Part shown: positions 8,322 through 17,558 of the stretch, one piece after another | How positions within the stretch are numbered: position 1 is the first letter of the stretch | Layout of the letters: each line of letters begins with the position of its first letter | Origin: an uncultured Clostridium sp. | GTDB lineage: Bacteria; Bacillota_I; Bacilli_A; RF39; UBA660 | Assembly: GCA_902492325.1 (NCBI GenBank) | Contig: CABULC010000002.1 | Span: 262,411 to 326,410 of the forward strand | Direction of reading: 5' to 3' | Length of the DNA stretch: 64,000 nt | The notes under the pieces: model-generated | Told to the model about the DNA's origin: nothing | Database searches by the model: none | Seen by the model: only the letters and a program-made list of their open reading frames with translations | Made by a program: the position numbers and the translations under genes

Positions 8322-8350
8322 ATTAGAGTAACCTAGCGTTACTCTATTTT
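8322..8350 (+). terminator. Terminator
   Basis: gagtaac-ctagc-gttactc hairpin followed by tatttttt. Confidence 0.6.
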
Positions 8351-8368
8351 TTATAGGAGGATGAAGTT

Positions 8369-9349
8369 ATGAGTATAATAGAAGTTAAAAACTTATCAAA
8401 AACATTCGAAGTTAAATTAAAAGAAAAAGGTTTAAAAGGAAGTCTTAAGTCAATATTTAAACCTAAGTATAAAACTATTAAAGCTGTTAAGAATATAAGT
8501 TTCAATATAGAAAAGGGTGAAGTTATAGCATTCATAGGACCAAATGGGGCAGGTAAAAGTACTACTATCAAGATGTTAACAGGAATACTTTATAAAGATA
8601 AAGGAACTATTAATATAGATGGTTTAGATCCAGAAAAAGATAGAAAAAAACTTGCTAATGAAATAGGTACTGTATTTGGTCAAAAAGAACAACTATGGAT
8701 GCATCTAACTCCATATGATAACTTTAAATTTTTCGGAGCTATTTATGACATACCAGAATCAATAGTTGAAAAGAAAATAGAAGAATTTAAAGTATTATTT
8801 GAACTAGATGAATTTATAAATACACCAGTACGTAATCTAAGTTTAGGTCAAAGAATACGTTGTGAGATAGTAGCATCACTAATACATGAACCAAAAATAT
8901 TATTCTTAGATGAACCAACTATAGGTCTAGACCCAGTAGTAAAAGAAAATATTCGTACACTTATTAAAAGAATGAACAAAGAATATAAAACAACAATATT
9001 CTTAACAAGTCACGATGTATCAGATATAGAAAAACTATGTAAAAGAGTTATCATAATAAATAATGGTGCTTTAGTACTAGATGATTCAATGGAAAATTTA
9101 AAATACCATTACCTACACAAAAAGATATTAGAAGCTAAAATGAAAGAAAAAGTAAATCTAAATGATGAAGAAGGTATAACTATATTAAAAGATAAAGGAT
9201 ATAACTTGAAAATAGAAGTAGATACTAGTAAACGTAGTATAAGTGATGCTATAAAATTATTAAATCCAGATAATATAATAGATATTAATATATCAAATAC
9301 GCCTCTTGAAGATATAATAAGCGAAATATATAAAAAAGAGGATAAATAA
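8369..9349 (+). CDS. ABC transporter ATP-binding protein (ABC-2 type)
   Basis: Walker A GPNGAGKST, signature LSLGQRIR, Walker B ILFLDEPT; AGGAGG RBS. Confidence 0.9.
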   Translation: MSIIEVKNLSKTFEVKLKEKGLKGSLKSIFKPKYKTIKAVKNISFNIEKGEVIAFIGPNGAGKSTTIKMLTGILYKDKGTINIDGLDPEKDRKKLANEIGTVFGQKEQLWMHLTPYDNFKFFGAIYDIPESIVEKKIEEFKVLFELDEFINTPVRNLSLGQRIRCEIVASLIHEPKILFLDEPTIGLDPVVKENIRTLIKRMNKEYKTTIFLTSHDVSDIEKLCKRVIIINNGALVLDDSMENLKYHYLHKKILEAKMKEKVNLNDEEGITILKDKGYNLKIEVDTSKRSISDAIKLLNPDNIIDINISNTPLEDIISEIYKKEDK

Positions 9350-10140
9350 TGAAAAAGTATTTATTTATATTTAAAACAGAAATAATAAATAGTTTACAAT
9401 ATATGTTTAACTTATTATCAGGCTTTATAGCATACATAATAATGATATATGTATTTTTATGCTTATGGAAATATATGTATAGTGACCCAGCATCTCTTAT
9501 AAATGGTTATAATCTAAATCAAATGATATGGTATATAATTATTACTGAGATATTATGGATGAGCCTAGGTGGTAAAAAAATATGTCGTAAGATAACTAAT
9601 GATGTAAAAAATGGTAACATCGCATATAACATAAATAAACCTTATAACTATATCTTATATAATCTATCTAGCAATTTAGGAAGTATATTCATAAAGTTTA
9701 TAGTATTTACAGTACTAGCTATGATATTAGGATTTATATTTTTAGGAACATTTCCTCAGTTAAATATATTATCTATTTTAGCAGTACTACTTACAAGCAT
9801 TTTAGCAACTACAATAAGTATATTAATAATGATAGGTATAGGTTTATTCTCATTTATAATAGAAGATTCAACACCATTATACTGGGTATATAGTAAATTT
9901 ATATTAGTCTTAGGAACAATATTTCCAATAGAATTCTTTAGTGGAATATTAAGAACAATATTAAAATATAGTCCAATATATGTTGTATCTTATGGACCAG
10001 CTAAATTATTTGTAAACTTTAGTACAAGTGAATTTATAGCAATAATTATTTCACAATTAATATACTTAGTTATATCTTATTTAATAGCTACATTTATATA
10101 CAAGAAAGGGGTGAAAAAACTAAATGTTAACGGAGGTTAA
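9349..10140 (+). CDS. ABC-2 family permease
   Basis: 6-TM hydrophobic ORF, start overlaps ATPase stop. Confidence 0.7.
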   Translation: MKKYLFIFKTEIINSLQYMFNLLSGFIAYIIMIYVFLCLWKYMYSDPASLINGYNLNQMIWYIIITEILWMSLGGKKICRKITNDVKNGNIAYNINKPYNYILYNLSSNLGSIFIKFIVFTVLAMILGFIFLGTFPQLNILSILAVLLTSILATTISILIMIGIGLFSFIIEDSTPLYWVYSKFILVLGTIFPIEFFSGILRTILKYSPIYVVSYGPAKLFVNFSTSEFIAIIISQLIYLVISYLIATFIYKKGVKKLNVNGG

Positions 10141-10918
10141 AAATCAATTAAAAGTAAATTATTTATCTATAAAGTATGGTCTTATGAGAGAAATGGTAAA
10201 TAAGTTTTCATTCTTAGCAAATATAATCTTTATGATTATAAATAACTCATGTTTTATCATACAATGGGTAGTACTTTATTCATTAAAAGATAACATTGGT
10301 GGATATACTTTTAAACAAATGTTATTACTTTGGGGGATCGCAGCAAGTACCTTCGGAGTTTCAAGATTCTTCTTTAAGAAAGCATTTAGTTTATCAGAAA
10401 CAATAAATACTGGTAAATTAGATGCGTTCTTAGTACAGCCTAAAAATGTATTATTAAGTGCAATAACTACTGACGTAGAAGTTTCAGCTATAGGAGACTT
10501 AATCTATGGATATGTAATACTTATCATATATGGAATAACTTTAAAAAACTTTTTATTGTTTACAATATTTACTATATTAGGTGGCCTAATAATAGCTTGC
10601 GTTTCAGTAATAGCAAATAGTCTATCATTTTGGTTTAACATGACAGATGTTTTAGCAGACACAATAAATAACATGATGATAATATTTGGTACATACCCTA
10701 AAGATATATTTAATGGAATAGTAAAGATAATTCTTTATACAATAGTTCCAGTTGGTATCGCAAACTATATACCAATAGACTTAATAATAAACTTTAATAT
10801 ATATGGATTCTTATTAGTATTCACAGTAACAATATTTTTAGTAGTTTTATCATTCTATATATTTAACAAAGGATTAAAAAGATACTCTTCAAGTAACTTG
10901 ATGAGTTCAAGAATATAA
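10124..10918 (+). CDS. ABC-2 family permease (second subunit)
   Basis: Hydrophobic ORF, overlapping previous gene; AGGGGTGA RBS. Confidence 0.7.
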   Translation: MLTEVKNQLKVNYLSIKYGLMREMVNKFSFLANIIFMIINNSCFIIQWVVLYSLKDNIGGYTFKQMLLLWGIAASTFGVSRFFFKKAFSLSETINTGKLDAFLVQPKNVLLSAITTDVEVSAIGDLIYGYVILIIYGITLKNFLLFTIFTILGGLIIACVSVIANSLSFWFNMTDVLADTINNMMIIFGTYPKDIFNGIVKIILYTIVPVGIANYIPIDLIINFNIYGFLLVFTVTIFLVVLSFYIFNKGLKRYSSSNLMSSRI

Positions 10919-10959
10919 TTAATATTAAAGATGAAAAAAGCAATATTAATGTAAAGTAA

Positions 10960-10995
10960 AGGACTAATTATGTAAATTAGTTCTTTTTATGTAAA
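10960..10995 (+). terminator. Terminator of ABC operon
   Basis: ggactaatt-atgta-aattagttc hairpin followed by ttttt. Confidence 0.6.
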
Positions 10996-11060
10996 GAAAA
11001 CCTTGTATTTAATTCTAAAAAAAATATCAATATGATATAATTAATGAGGTGAAAACATAT

Positions 11061-11801
11061 ATGCAAATGTTAGTTAAAGGAGTAAATGTTAATTATACAT
11101 TTTATGATAATAGTAGTAGTATAAACTTAGTTTATCTACACGGCTGGGGCCAAAATATTGAAATGATGATGCCAATAGCAAAACCTTTTATCAAGAAATA
11201 TAATGTATTAATTATTGATTTTCCAGGCTTTGGTGATAGTGATGAACCTAAAGAAGTTTGGAGTGTTTTTGACTATGCAGAAATGGTTAATGAAATGGTT
11301 AAAAAATTAAACATGAAAAATCCTATTGTTATAGGACACTCTTTTGGTGGCAAAATTGCATTAATATATGGTTATAAATATAAACCTAGAAAAGTAGTTG
11401 TACTAGCAAGTCCATATAAACAAGTTATAACAAAACCAACATTAAAAATGAAATTATTAAAACAAGCAAAAAAAATACCAGGACTTGGTAAACTAGAAAA
11501 TTTTGTTAAGAAACATGTTGGTTCAACTGATTATAGAAATGCTAGCGAAATGATGAGAAAAGTATTAGTTGCTCATGTTAATACAGATATTACTGAAGAT
11601 TTAAAGAAAATAAAATGTCCAGTATTAGGTATATGGGGAACTAATGATGCAGCTGTTGATATTGAAGATGGAAGAGAGTTAGAAAACTATATTCCAAATT
11701 ATGGTTTAGTTGAATATCCAGGATGTACACACTACGCATATTTAGAAAATCTAGGTCAAACAATTAGTGTACTTAATAATTTTATTGGAAGTGAGGAGTA
11801 A
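11061..11801 (+). CDS. Alpha/beta hydrolase (esterase/lipase family)
   Basis: Nucleophile elbow GHSFGG, HGWG oxyanion region; start moved to ATG with GAGGTGA RBS. Confidence 0.75.
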   Translation: MQMLVKGVNVNYTFYDNSSSINLVYLHGWGQNIEMMMPIAKPFIKKYNVLIIDFPGFGDSDEPKEVWSVFDYAEMVNEMVKKLNMKNPIVIGHSFGGKIALIYGYKYKPRKVVVLASPYKQVITKPTLKMKLLKQAKKIPGLGKLENFVKKHVGSTDYRNASEMMRKVLVAHVNTDITEDLKKIKCPVLGIWGTNDAAVDIEDGRELENYIPNYGLVEYPGCTHYAYLENLGQTISVLNNFIGSEE

Positions 11802-11802
11802 T

Positions 11803-13401
11803 ATGAGCATTAAAGTATATTTTTTATTAACACTATTAACATATATTTATTATTTAACATACAAATCAAGAAAAGCATTACATATGCTTCAACAAAACTG
11901 GTATAACGATGGCAATAGATATCTAAAATGGGTTAAAACAAATGCTAAAAAAGTATTTATAACATTTGATATGGCATTTATATTATTTTATTTTATGAAG
12001 TTCTTAAATACTAAAGTAACATTAATTATATTTGCAGTATTCTACTTAGTAGTATATTTCTTATATAAAAACAATGCAGTAAAAGAACAATCTAAAAAAC
12101 CATTAGTAGTAACAGCAAGAATTAAAAGACTTTATACTACAATGTTTGTATTGTTAATACTTTGTTTAATACCAATGGTTATACATTTTAATGTTAATAA
12201 CTTGTTTATATATTACTTAATAATTGGTTTATTCTCATATATAAATACAATAGTTATATGGTTATGTAACATTATCAACAAACCGGTAGAGAAAATGGTA
12301 TATCTTCATTATAAAAGACAAGCACAAAGTAAACTTTATAGTATGAATTCTCTTAAAAAAATAGCTGTAACAGGAAGTTATGGAAAAACAAGTACTAAGA
12401 ATGCATTAAATGATATATTAAATGTTAAATATAATTCATTTGCAACGCCTAAGAGTTTCAACACTATGTATGGACTAATAAATGCTATTAACAATTATAT
12501 GGATAAATTTAGTGAAACTTTTGTAGCAGAAATGGGAGCATTCTATAGAGGAGAAATAAAAGAAAAAGCAAACTTTATAAAACCTAAATATGGAATTTTA
12601 ACAATTATTGGAACAGCACACTTAGAAAGTTTTGGTAGTCAGGAAAATATTCAAAAAGCAAAATTTGAATTAATAGATTCACTTCCAGATGATGGAGTCG
12701 CAGTCTTAAATATGGATGATCCATATCAAACAAGTTATAAATTAAAAAGTAAATGCAAAGTAATATGGGTATCAACTAAAAATAAAGATGCTGATGTTTA
12801 TGCAACTGATATAAAACTATCTAACAAAGGAACAACATTTACTTGTATATTTAAAAATACTAAAGAAAAACATACATTTGAAACTAAACTTCTTGGAAGT
12901 GCCAATGTATATAATGTTTTACAAGCAATAGCTATGTCATATGAATTAGGTCTTACTTTAGAACAAATAGCTATCGGAGTAAGAAGAATACAAACTATTG
13001 AACATAGACTTGAACTAAAAAAATACACAGAAAATATTTATATAATAGATGATGCATACAATTCAAACCCAGTTGGTTCTAAAATGGCAGTAGATGTTCT
13101 TAAAATGATGAAAGGTAAAAGAATAATCGTAACACCAGGTATGATAGAACTAGGAGATGAACAATATAGTTCAAACTTCGAATTTGGAAGACAAATAGCT
13201 GGATGTGCAGATGAAGTAATCTTAGTTGGAGAAGAACAAACAAAACCAATTCAAGATGGGCTTAAAAAAGAAAAATATCCTAAATCACAAATACATATTC
13301 TAAATGATGTTAAAGAAGCATTCCCATTAATGAGAAAACTAAGTGACAAAGAAACATATGTATTATTAGAAAATGATTTACCAGATATATTTAATGAATA
13401 G
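11803..13401 (+). CDS. murF: MurF-like UDP-MurNAc-tripeptide:D-Ala-D-Ala ligase whose canonical N-terminal domain is replaced by a ~190-aa five-TM membrane domain
   Basis: Mur ligase P-loop IAVTGSYGKTST and MurF-type C-terminal motif DDAYNSNP; five hydrophobic helices before the ligase core; GAGGAG RBS. Confidence 0.8.
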   Translation: MSIKVYFLLTLLTYIYYLTYKSRKALHMLQQNWYNDGNRYLKWVKTNAKKVFITFDMAFILFYFMKFLNTKVTLIIFAVFYLVVYFLYKNNAVKEQSKKPLVVTARIKRLYTTMFVLLILCLIPMVIHFNVNNLFIYYLIIGLFSYINTIVIWLCNIINKPVEKMVYLHYKRQAQSKLYSMNSLKKIAVTGSYGKTSTKNALNDILNVKYNSFATPKSFNTMYGLINAINNYMDKFSETFVAEMGAFYRGEIKEKANFIKPKYGILTIIGTAHLESFGSQENIQKAKFELIDSLPDDGVAVLNMDDPYQTSYKLKSKCKVIWVSTKNKDADVYATDIKLSNKGTTFTCIFKNTKEKHTFETKLLGSANVYNVLQAIAMSYELGLTLEQIAIGVRRIQTIEHRLELKKYTENIYIIDDAYNSNPVGSKMAVDVLKMMKGKRIIVTPGMIELGDEQYSSNFEFGRQIAGCADEVILVGEEQTKPIQDGLKKEKYPKSQIHILNDVKEAFPLMRKLSDKETYVLLENDLPDIFNE

Positions 13402-13412
13402 GAGAAGTGAAT

Positions 13413-14615
13413 ATGAAAATTAAAGTAGGAGTTATTTATGGTGGAGAAACAGTTGAACATGAAGTAAGTATCATTTCAGCTATTCAAGCAATGAATAATT
13501 TAGATGAAGAAAAATATGAAATAATACCAATATATATATCTAAAGATAGAATATGGTACACAGGACATGTACTAAGAGAAATGGATTTCTATAAACATTT
13601 TGAAGATGAAAAGAAATATGCTAAAGAAGTAACTCTTTGCAAAAAAGGAAAAATGTTTATACTTCAAAAAACCAATGGATTATTTAGAAAAGATATTACA
13701 GATTTAGATATCATTTTACCAGTAGTACATGGTAATAATGTAGAAGATGGAACTTTAGCTGGATTGCTTGATTCGATAGGAATTCCATATGTAGGTTCAC
13801 ACGTATTAGGTTCTGCATTAGGACAAGATAAAGTTGTTATGAAACAAGTAATGTCTTCAGTAGGAATTCCAGTAGTAGATTATACTTGGTTCTTTGATAA
13901 TGAATATCTTGAAAATAAAGATGAAATTCTAGATAAAATTAAAAAACTAGGTTATCCAGTAGTTGTAAAACCAGCAACACTAGGAAGTAGTGTAGGTATA
14001 ACACTAGTACATGATTCTAAAAAGATTGAAGAAGCAATCGAAGAAGCAATTAGTTATGATACTAAAGTAGTAGTAGAAAAAGCTGTAGAAAATTTAGTAG
14101 AAGTAAATGCAAGTGTACTTGGAAACTATGAATATCAAAAAGTAAGTCCATTAGAAGAAGTAATGGGACTTGATGAAATATTAAGTTATGCAGATAAATA
14201 CTTAGGAAACTCTAAAACTAAAGGTGTTAAAACAACTGCATCTAAAGGAATGGCATCTACTAGTAGAATTATTCCAGCAAGAATATCAGATAATTTAACA
14301 AAAGATATTCAAGATACTGCTAAAAATGTATTTAAGACATTAAACTTAAGTGGTGTATGTAGAATAGACTTCTTAATAGATAAAAAAGAAAACAAATTCT
14401 ATGTAAATGAACCAAATACTTGTCCAGGCAGTTTATCATTCTATTTATGGAAAGAAGCAAATGTTAAATATAGAGAACTTCTAGATGAAATGATAAGTAT
14501 TGCTATCAAAGAATACAAAAACAAATCTAAAAAAGTAAAATCATTCAAGAGTAATATCTTAGAAGGATTTAATGGTACTAAAGGTGCAAAAGGTATCAAA
14601 GGATTAAAGAACTAA
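13413..14615 (+). CDS. ddl: D-alanine--D-alanine ligase with omega-loop insertion and ~40-aa K/G-rich C-terminal tail
   Basis: N-terminal signature GGETVEHEVSIISA, ATP-grasp core, omega-loop Tyr retained (SYADKYL). Confidence 0.85.
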   Translation: MKIKVGVIYGGETVEHEVSIISAIQAMNNLDEEKYEIIPIYISKDRIWYTGHVLREMDFYKHFEDEKKYAKEVTLCKKGKMFILQKTNGLFRKDITDLDIILPVVHGNNVEDGTLAGLLDSIGIPYVGSHVLGSALGQDKVVMKQVMSSVGIPVVDYTWFFDNEYLENKDEILDKIKKLGYPVVVKPATLGSSVGITLVHDSKKIEEAIEEAISYDTKVVVEKAVENLVEVNASVLGNYEYQKVSPLEEVMGLDEILSYADKYLGNSKTKGVKTTASKGMASTSRIIPARISDNLTKDIQDTAKNVFKTLNLSGVCRIDFLIDKKENKFYVNEPNTCPGSLSFYLWKEANVKYRELLDEMISIAIKEYKNKSKKVKSFKSNILEGFNGTKGAKGIKGLKN

Positions 14616-14617
14616 AA

Positions 14618-14642
14618 AACAGAGAAAATTCTCTGTTTTTAT
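14618..14642. terminator. Bidirectional terminator between ddl and murI
   Basis: cagagaaaattctctg palindrome flanked by A-run and T-run. Confidence 0.7.
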
Positions 14643-15352
14643 TTGTTATAAATCATTTTAACTTTACCATGAGTAGTAGAGTCACTTAATAAATTATGAC
14701 TTTCTAATTGTCTTTTAACTTGTTTGGATACACCTTTATTACCATCAATAAGCTTAGCCTTTGGAAATAATTCTTTTATATTCTTTTTAGCATGTGGATA
14801 ATGTGTACAACCAAGAACAATAGAATCTATATCTTCATTAACATATTTATCTAATAATTTATGTAATACGTTATTAATATTATCTTTATTACCGCTTTCA
14901 ATCGCATCAGCAAGACCTTTACATGAAAGAAGAGTAATCTTTTGATCTCTTTTCTTATTTAGTTTAACTAATTCATTAGTTCTTTCTGATTTAATAGTTC
15001 CCGGTGTTGCCATGACTAAAGTATTCTTATAATTTTTGTCACAAGCAACTTTAATTGCAGGTTCAGTACCAACAAATATCATATCAGGATACATTTTTCT
15101 AAGTCTATTTATACATCTAGTAGTAGCTGTATTACATGCAATAACAATTATTTTAACTTCTTTACTAATAAGAAAGTCTACTATACCAGTAACTATACTC
15201 ATTAACTCTTCATCACTTTTTTCTCCATAAGGATTATTTTTTGAATCTGCATAATAAATATAGTTTTCATTAGGCAATAATTTTCTAAGTTCTTTTAATA
15301 CAGTTAATCCACCAATACCAGAATCAAACATTCCAATTTTATTATTATTCAT
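14639..15352 (-). CDS. murI: Glutamate racemase
   Basis: MFDSGIGGLTV, IVIACNTAT and GCTHYP motifs; start at second ATG with GAAGGG RBS. Confidence 0.85.
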   Translation of the reverse strand: MNNNKIGMFDSGIGGLTVLKELRKLLPNENYIYYADSKNNPYGEKSDEELMSIVTGIVDFLISKEVKIIVIACNTATTRCINRLRKMYPDMIFVGTEPAIKVACDKNYKNTLVMATPGTIKSERTNELVKLNKKRDQKITLLSCKGLADAIESGNKDNINNVLHKLLDKYVNEDIDSIVLGCTHYPHAKKNIKELFPKAKLIDGNKGVSKQVKRQLESHNLLSDSTTHGKVKMIYNK

Positions 15353-15448
15353 ATACATCCCTTCGTAAACATTATATCACAATTATATACATTTAATGAA
15401 TTTATGGTATAATCAGTATGTATAATAATTGTTAATTAAGGAGTTAAT

Positions 15449-15967
15449 ATGGAAGGCTTAATAAATGGAATTATAAATGCATTTGGAGGAATAACTGCGT
15501 TAAAGTACGGAAAAGAATTAATAGTATTTATTATATCATTGTGTCCAATACTTGAATTACGTGGTGGCCTTATTGCAGCAACACTTTTAGGAGTAAAACC
15601 AGCGGTTGGATATATAGTTTCAATAATAGGAAATACTATACCAGTACCATTTATTTTATTATTCATTGCTAAAATACTTGATTGGATGGAAAAATCGAAA
15701 ATAAAATGGATGAAAAATATAGCAAAATGGTTAAGAAATAAAGCACATAAAAATAGAGAAAAAATTGATAAATATGGATATTGGGGATTATTACTTTTTG
15801 TAGGAATACCACTTCCAGGAACAGGTGCATGGACAGGATGCTTAGTAGCAAGTGTATTTGATATGGATAGAAAAAAGTCATTCTTTGCAGTTATGTCTGG
15901 AATAATAATGGCTAGTATTATTATGATGATTTTATCTTATGGACTATTAGGTGGAATAATTAATTAA
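15449..15967 (+). CDS. Small membrane protein (COG2426 / small multidrug export-like)
   Basis: Hydrophobic ORF with LELRGGLIAA motif; AAGGAG RBS. Confidence 0.45.
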   Translation: MEGLINGIINAFGGITALKYGKELIVFIISLCPILELRGGLIAATLLGVKPAVGYIVSIIGNTIPVPFILLFIAKILDWMEKSKIKWMKNIAKWLRNKAHKNREKIDKYGYWGLLLFVGIPLPGTGAWTGCLVASVFDMDRKKSFFAVMSGIIMASIIMMILSYGLLGGIIN

Positions 15968-15979
15968 GGAGGCTTTCAT

Positions 15980-16747
15980 ATGGATTTATCTATACTTATA
16001 CTATCAATACTTCCAGTATATTTACTAAATAGATATATAAATAGTAAAGATTCAGAAAAAGAACCAAAAGAGTTATTAAAAAAATTAACTAAAGGTGGAA
16101 TTTATGCAGCTTTATTAACAATTATAATTTCACTATTCTTACCACTAATATCCCCAGCACTTGATGCAACTAGAACAGAAGTAATGAATCCTGTAGAACT
16201 ACTTATTTATGCTTTTATAGGTGTAGCTTTAGTAGAAGAATCATGTAAATATTATTTTGTACATAAATATACATATAATAATAGAGAGTTTGACTATCTA
16301 TTTGATATGATTGTATATGCTACATATGTGTCACTTGGTTTTGCATTATTAGAAAACCTTATTTATGTAATAACAGGTGGAATATATGTGGGTCTGCTAA
16401 GAGCAATTACAGCTATACCAATGCATGCATGTACAGGTGTAATGATGGGACATTTTTTAGGAGAAGCTAAATATAATGAAATAAATAAAAAAAGTGCTAA
16501 AAAGAATAAAATTCTAGCACTATTAGTTCCAATACTCATGCATGGAGCATATGATTATTCTGCACTTAGTGGTCACACATTAGTATTTATCATCTTGATT
16601 ATAACTTTTATTTATATATCAATAGATTTAGTTAATAAAAAAAGTAGAAATGATATTAAAATACAAAGAAAATATGATTATTGTCCAAAGTGTGGAACCA
16701 AAATAGTAGGTAACTTTTGTACAAATTGTGGAAAAAAAGCAGAATAA
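15980..16747 (+). CDS. PrsW-family intramembrane protease with C-terminal zinc-ribbon (CPKCG...CTNCG)
   Basis: Motifs EESCKYYF, MHACTG, HGAYDY; AAGGAGG RBS. Confidence 0.65.
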   Translation: MDLSILILSILPVYLLNRYINSKDSEKEPKELLKKLTKGGIYAALLTIIISLFLPLISPALDATRTEVMNPVELLIYAFIGVALVEESCKYYFVHKYTYNNREFDYLFDMIVYATYVSLGFALLENLIYVITGGIYVGLLRAITAIPMHACTGVMMGHFLGEAKYNEINKKSAKKNKILALLVPILMHGAYDYSALSGHTLVFIILIITFIYISIDLVNKKSRNDIKIQRKYDYCPKCGTKIVGNFCTNCGKKAE

Positions 16748-17467
16748 TTATTTTAAATCTTTAAATACATTTTTAAATTCATCATTAATTACTAGAGATG
16801 CAATACTATCATAAGAAGTTGCATCTCTATTTATTATGACTAAATTTTTACCTCTAAATAGTCTTACTAAACTACTAGCAGGTTCAACTGTTAAAGAAGT
16901 TCCTGCTACTATTAAAGTATCACATTTAGATAAAACTTCTATTGATCGATTTAATGTATATTCATCAAGCATCTCTCCGTATAATACAACATCAGGTTTT
17001 ACAAGACTTCCACATTCACATAAAGGAATATCTTTAGAATTAAATACATATTCAGCATCATAGAATTTATGACATTTAATACAATGATTTTTATATATAG
17101 TTCCATGCAGCTCAAGTACATTAGTACTCCCTGCTTTAGTATGTAAACCATCAATATTCTGGGTAACTATCGCTTTTAGTTTTCCCATCTTTTCAAGTTT
17201 AACCATATATTTATGTATTATATTAGGCTCAACATTCAAACAGTTTAATTTATCTTTATAAAATTTATAAAATTCACTAGTATTATGATAGAAAAAGCCA
17301 CTACTTAGTATTAATTCAGGTGGAAACTTATATTTCATATTATAAAGTCCATCTTTACTTCTAAAGTCTTTAATGCCACTTAAAGTAGACACTCCAGCTC
17401 CACTAAAAAATACTATATTATTAGATTCATCTATTATTTTTTGTAATTTATTTATCTTTTCTTTCAT
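16748..17467 (-). CDS. cobB: NAD-dependent protein deacylase (sirtuin, CobB/Sir2 family)
   Basis: GAGVSTLSGIKDFRS, TQNIDGLH, Zn-binding CxxC...CxxC. Confidence 0.85.
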   Translation of the reverse strand: MKEKINKLQKIIDESNNIVFFSGAGVSTLSGIKDFRSKDGLYNMKYKFPPELILSSGFFYHNTSEFYKFYKDKLNCLNVEPNIIHKYMVKLEKMGKLKAIVTQNIDGLHTKAGSTNVLELHGTIYKNHCIKCHKFYDAEYVFNSKDIPLCECGSLVKPDVVLYGEMLDEYTLNRSIEVLSKCDTLIVAGTSLTVEPASSLVRLFRGKNLVIINRDATSYDSIASLVINDEFKNVFKDLK

Positions 17468-17558
17468 TATTATTCTCCAACATATTTAATAAGTTAATTT
17501 TAAAAATATCTCTATCACGATATTCTTTAGAAATCATTACTCCTTTATAAGTAGTCAT

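Noticed and set aside
8344-8571. Minus-strand 75-aa ORF
   Set aside because: Overlaps the start of the ABC ATPase gene and its RBS on the opposite strand.
12798-13460. Minus-strand small ORFs inside murF
   Set aside because: Antisense to a well-supported Mur ligase gene.
15036-15881. Small ORFs 15036-15230 (+), 15436-15666 (-), 15669-15881 (-)
   Set aside because: Each overlaps a better-supported gene (murI or the COG2426 membrane protein) on the opposite strand.
16836-17063. Plus-strand 75-aa ORF
   Set aside because: Antisense within the sirtuin gene.
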